In this document: positions 58,893-64,000 of the stretch, in pieces | Layout of the letters: each line of letters opens with the position of its first letter | Numbering within the stretch: the stretch's first letter is position 1 | Assembly: GCA_002774425.1 (NCBI GenBank) | Contig: PEYJ01000009.1 | Span: 3,134 to 67,133 of the forward strand | DNA from: Parcubacteria group bacterium CG08_land_8_20_14_0_20_48_21 | GTDB taxonomy: Bacteria > Patescibacteriota > Patescibacteriia > UBA1544 | Direction: 5' to 3' | Length of the DNA: 64,000 nt | Program-made: the position numbers and the translations under genes | The notes under the pieces: model-generated | The model's input: only the letters and a program-made list of their open reading frames with translations | Database searches by the model: none | What the model was told of the DNA's origin: nothing

Positions 58893-60269
58893 ATGGTAAA
58901 AAAAATGACCATCCTGTTGCGTATGACATACTTCGCCATAGTGCCTCTCCTTTTTTTCCTTCTCCCGCTGCAAACCCGCTGGATTATTGCTCCTATGTTC
59001 ATAGGAGGATTTGAAGTGCCCTACGGAACGCTCTCGCTGGTCGCAACGGAAGTGGTGCTCTGGCTCGCCGTCCTATTGCTGTTCACCCAACACCATCCTT
59101 CCACCATAATCTTACGGAAGTTGCTGCGCGGGTGCAGCGGCATGGTAGTTGCCGCCGCACTCTTGTTTTTTGCCGCTCAAGGATTTTTTGCCGCTGCAAA
59201 GCCGCTTTGGATTGCGGCGCTGCTGCACCTTGTGGAAGGAGCTGCGCTCATTACGCTCACAGCTGCCTATCCGCGTAAGCTACTGCTCGTCTCTGCGTTT
59301 ATCGTGAGCATGCTCGTCCAATCAGGATTTGCGGCGGCACAAACGCTGCAGCAAAGCATACCCGCATCAACGCTGTTGGGTATGGCTGCGCAGGATCCGC
59401 AAACGCTTGGGGTTGCGGTTATTGAAACGCAAACATCGCGCATCCTACGCGCTTACGGAGGCCTGCCACACCCGAATATTTTAGGAGGTTATTTGGCGAT
59501 CGGCATCTTTATCGCACTACTTGCCTATCTGGAAGTACAGCGCCGTATCGCTATGGTGTGGCAACAAGCGTCCGACGACGCACCTGCAGAGTGCGGGATA
59601 CGGGAAAGAAAACTGCTCGCGGCGGACATTTTTTTTATCTCAAGTTTTGTGCTGCTTGCTTTCGCACTTGCGCTGACTTTTTCGCGATCGGCTTGGTTGG
59701 GGCTTGACGCGGGAATCATCGGGGTGGCTATTGGTGCGGCGCGGATGCGCCAAGCATTTCCAAAAATCGCTTTTGCCAAGATGCTCATATGCGTGGGACT
59801 TGGTGCGCTGACTGCCATCGCGTTTTTCCCGGAAGCGTATGTAACGCGGCTTACACGCGGATCGCGCGCCGAAATCCGCTCGCTCGCCGAACGCACGGAG
59901 TTGACCGCTACGGCGTTGCACCGGGTTTCGCAGCATCCCGTGCGGGGTGTTGGCTTGGGCCAGGGTGTTGTTGCGTTTATTCCCGAAACGAATACACTTC
60001 CCGGATGGACCTACCAACCGCCACACAATGTGTTTTTGCTCATATTGCTGGAGTTAGGAATTATGGGAACGACGCTCCTGTGCCTGCTTGCCGCTGTCAT
60101 ACTTCGGTATGTCCGCGTACCTCCATTTGTATTACCCTACCTTGCGCTCATCGGCATGATCGGGCTCTTTGACCACTATCTGTGGAGCCTCTATCCCGGG
60201 GTACTTTTGGCATGCGCCGGTTTGGGCTTGACAATTGTTACAGGCTCGCTATACTATGAGAGCGATTAG
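58893..60269 (+). CDS. O-antigen ligase / Wzy-like polymerase family membrane protein
   Basis: 10+ TM helices and the Wzy_C-type loop LTFSRSAWLGLDAG. Confidence 0.65.
   Translation: MVKKMTILLRMTYFAIVPLLFFLLPLQTRWIIAPMFIGGFEVPYGTLSLVATEVVLWLAVLLLFTQHHPSTIILRKLLRGCSGMVVAAALLFFAAQGFFAAAKPLWIAALLHLVEGAALITLTAAYPRKLLLVSAFIVSMLVQSGFAAAQTLQQSIPASTLLGMAAQDPQTLGVAVIETQTSRILRAYGGLPHPNILGGYLAIGIFIALLAYLEVQRRIAMVWQQASDDAPAECGIRERKLLAADIFFISSFVLLAFALALTFSRSAWLGLDAGIIGVAIGAARMRQAFPKIAFAKMLICVGLGALTAIAFFPEAYVTRLTRGSRAEIRSLAERTELTATALHRVSQHPVRGVGLGQGVVAFIPETNTLPGWTYQPPHNVFLLILLELGIMGTTLLCLLAAVILRYVRVPPFVLPYLALIGMIGLFDHYLWSLYPGVLLACAGLGLTIVTGSLYYESD
60228..60255 (+). promoter_or_regulatory. groESL promoter TTGACA-16-TATACT, located inside the 3' end of the upstream CDS
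   Basis: -35 at 60228-60233, -10 at 60250-60255. Confidence 0.55.
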
Positions 60270-60292
60270 CACTCTCACAGCATGAGTGCTAA
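60266..60292 (+). promoter_or_regulatory. CIRCE operator (HrcA binding site), perfect TTAGCACTC-N9-GAGTGCTAA
   Basis: Exact match to the CIRCE consensus, 80 nt upstream of groES; overlaps the stop codon of the preceding gene. Confidence 0.9.
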
Positions 60293-60371
60293 TCAAGTCA
60301 TATTTTCTCACTATCGGTTTTTCGCATGAAAAGAGCATTTTCAGGCGTATAAAGCCACCTACAAGCACTAT

Positions 60372-62338
<1,967 letters not shown>

Positions 62339-62351
62339 AAATTGTAGAAAC

Positions 62352-62385
62352 AAAAAAACAACCCCAATCAGGGGTTGTTTTTTTG
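62352..62385 (+). terminator. groESL rho-independent terminator
   Basis: AACAACCCC-AATCA-GGGGTTGTTTTTTTG. Confidence 0.8.
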
Positions 62386-62515
62386 TAGACATGTGCTAGG
62401 TTGGTACGTTGAGCACATACTGTGTCCAATCTTAATATTTTAACGCATAATGCACAGGAGATTTATTTTTTTTGAATCCCAACTCTTAAAACTATTAGGC
62501 TGACGGACAAAACAC

Positions 62516-62544
62516 TTGACACCCCTTACAAGAAGCGTTATACT
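62516..62544 (+). promoter_or_regulatory. consensus promoter TTGACA-17-TATACT
   Basis: Perfect -35, 17-nt spacer, near-perfect -10. Confidence 0.6.
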
Positions 62545-62550
62545 GCGTGA

Positions 62551-62730
62551 GCTGGTTACAAAACGCCAATTCCATGTGGAAAAGACGTGGAAAACCTGCT
62601 GATCATAAATACAGAGCTTCAAACCCTACGGGGGATACGCTATGCGAACCACTACTTTATCTTCTCCTAAGTCAGGCGGTTAAATCCCCTCGTGTTTTTT
62701 GGACGCGAACCGCTTGCAAGCGGTTTTTTT
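62551..62730 (+). ncRNA. candidate ~150-180-nt small RNA (or rRNA leader) with two tandem terminator-like hairpins (62630-62700 and 62708-62730)
   Basis: Transcript would start ~7 nt after the -10. Contains a degenerate parS-like element AATTCCATGTGGAAAA (62568-62583) and a CU-rich stretch UUUAUCUUCUCCUAAG. No coding potential. Confidence 0.3.
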
Positions 62731-62954
62731 GACGCTCGTTTTCATGGATTTCAGCATGTAGCTCACAAGCAATGCTTGTTGGCTGCTCCACTGAAAATTC
62801 AGAAACCGGAAATACTGATTGTACGTTGACAACTACATACAACAAGAATCAACACATTGAAAACTATCTAAATAAGAGTTTTCAAATCTAGTCAGAGAGA
62901 TGCAAATCTCTCAGTCGAGCAAGTACGACATACAATTGCAATACGTATGTCAGG

Positions 62955-64000
<1,046 letters not shown>

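Noticed and set aside
62568-62583. Fifth parS-like element AATTCCATGTGGAAAA
   Set aside because: Four mismatches to the parS consensus and 36 kb from the parS cluster. Mentioned as a feature of the candidate sRNA but not called as a bona fide ParB site.

Overview
This 64 kb window reads as the origin-proximal chromosome of a small-genome bacterium, almost entirely housekeeping genes. The reduced gene set, the 23S rRNA with no 16S upstream, the V-type pyrophosphatase and the many ORFans suggest a CPR/Patescibacteria-like organism, but that is inference. Supported genes are: ruvB, queA, guaB, tig, rlmH, a class A PBP, a DEDD exonuclease, lon, dnaN, dnaA, rpmH-rnpA-yidD-yidC, a bactofilin, trxA, rnhB, yraN, nusA, hppA, the iscR-nifS-nifU operon, trmD, a KH protein, rpsP, rpsO, pnp, a DksA-like protein, lspA, comM/yifB, a GT2, an O-antigen-ligase-like protein, GroES/GroEL, five tRNAs and a partial 23S rRNA. 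There are no CRISPR arrays and no intact mobile element. The non-obvious signals found by reading the DNA directly are:
- A cluster of four canonical parS sites (TGTTCCACGTGGAACA) in a 1.3 kb AT-rich spacer about 5 kb from dnaA, each inside a longer AT-rich palindrome.
- A DnaA-box plus AT-rich oriC candidate between dnaA and dnaN.
- A perfect CIRCE element and promoter for groESL that sit inside the upstream gene's 3' end.
- A riboswitch-like structured leader upstream of a DUF62 (SAM hydroxide adenosyltransferase-like) gene.
- Two candidate sRNAs with textbook promoters and strong terminators.
- A tandem pair of divergent paralogs of an unknown family, one GC-rich and lacking the other's DHH motif.
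- A degenerate tyrosine-recombinase remnant.
- Repeated small hairpins in the isc operon spacers.

The tandem-paralog pair is the most plausible candidate for the undescribed system the prompt hints at, but I cannot assign it a function.
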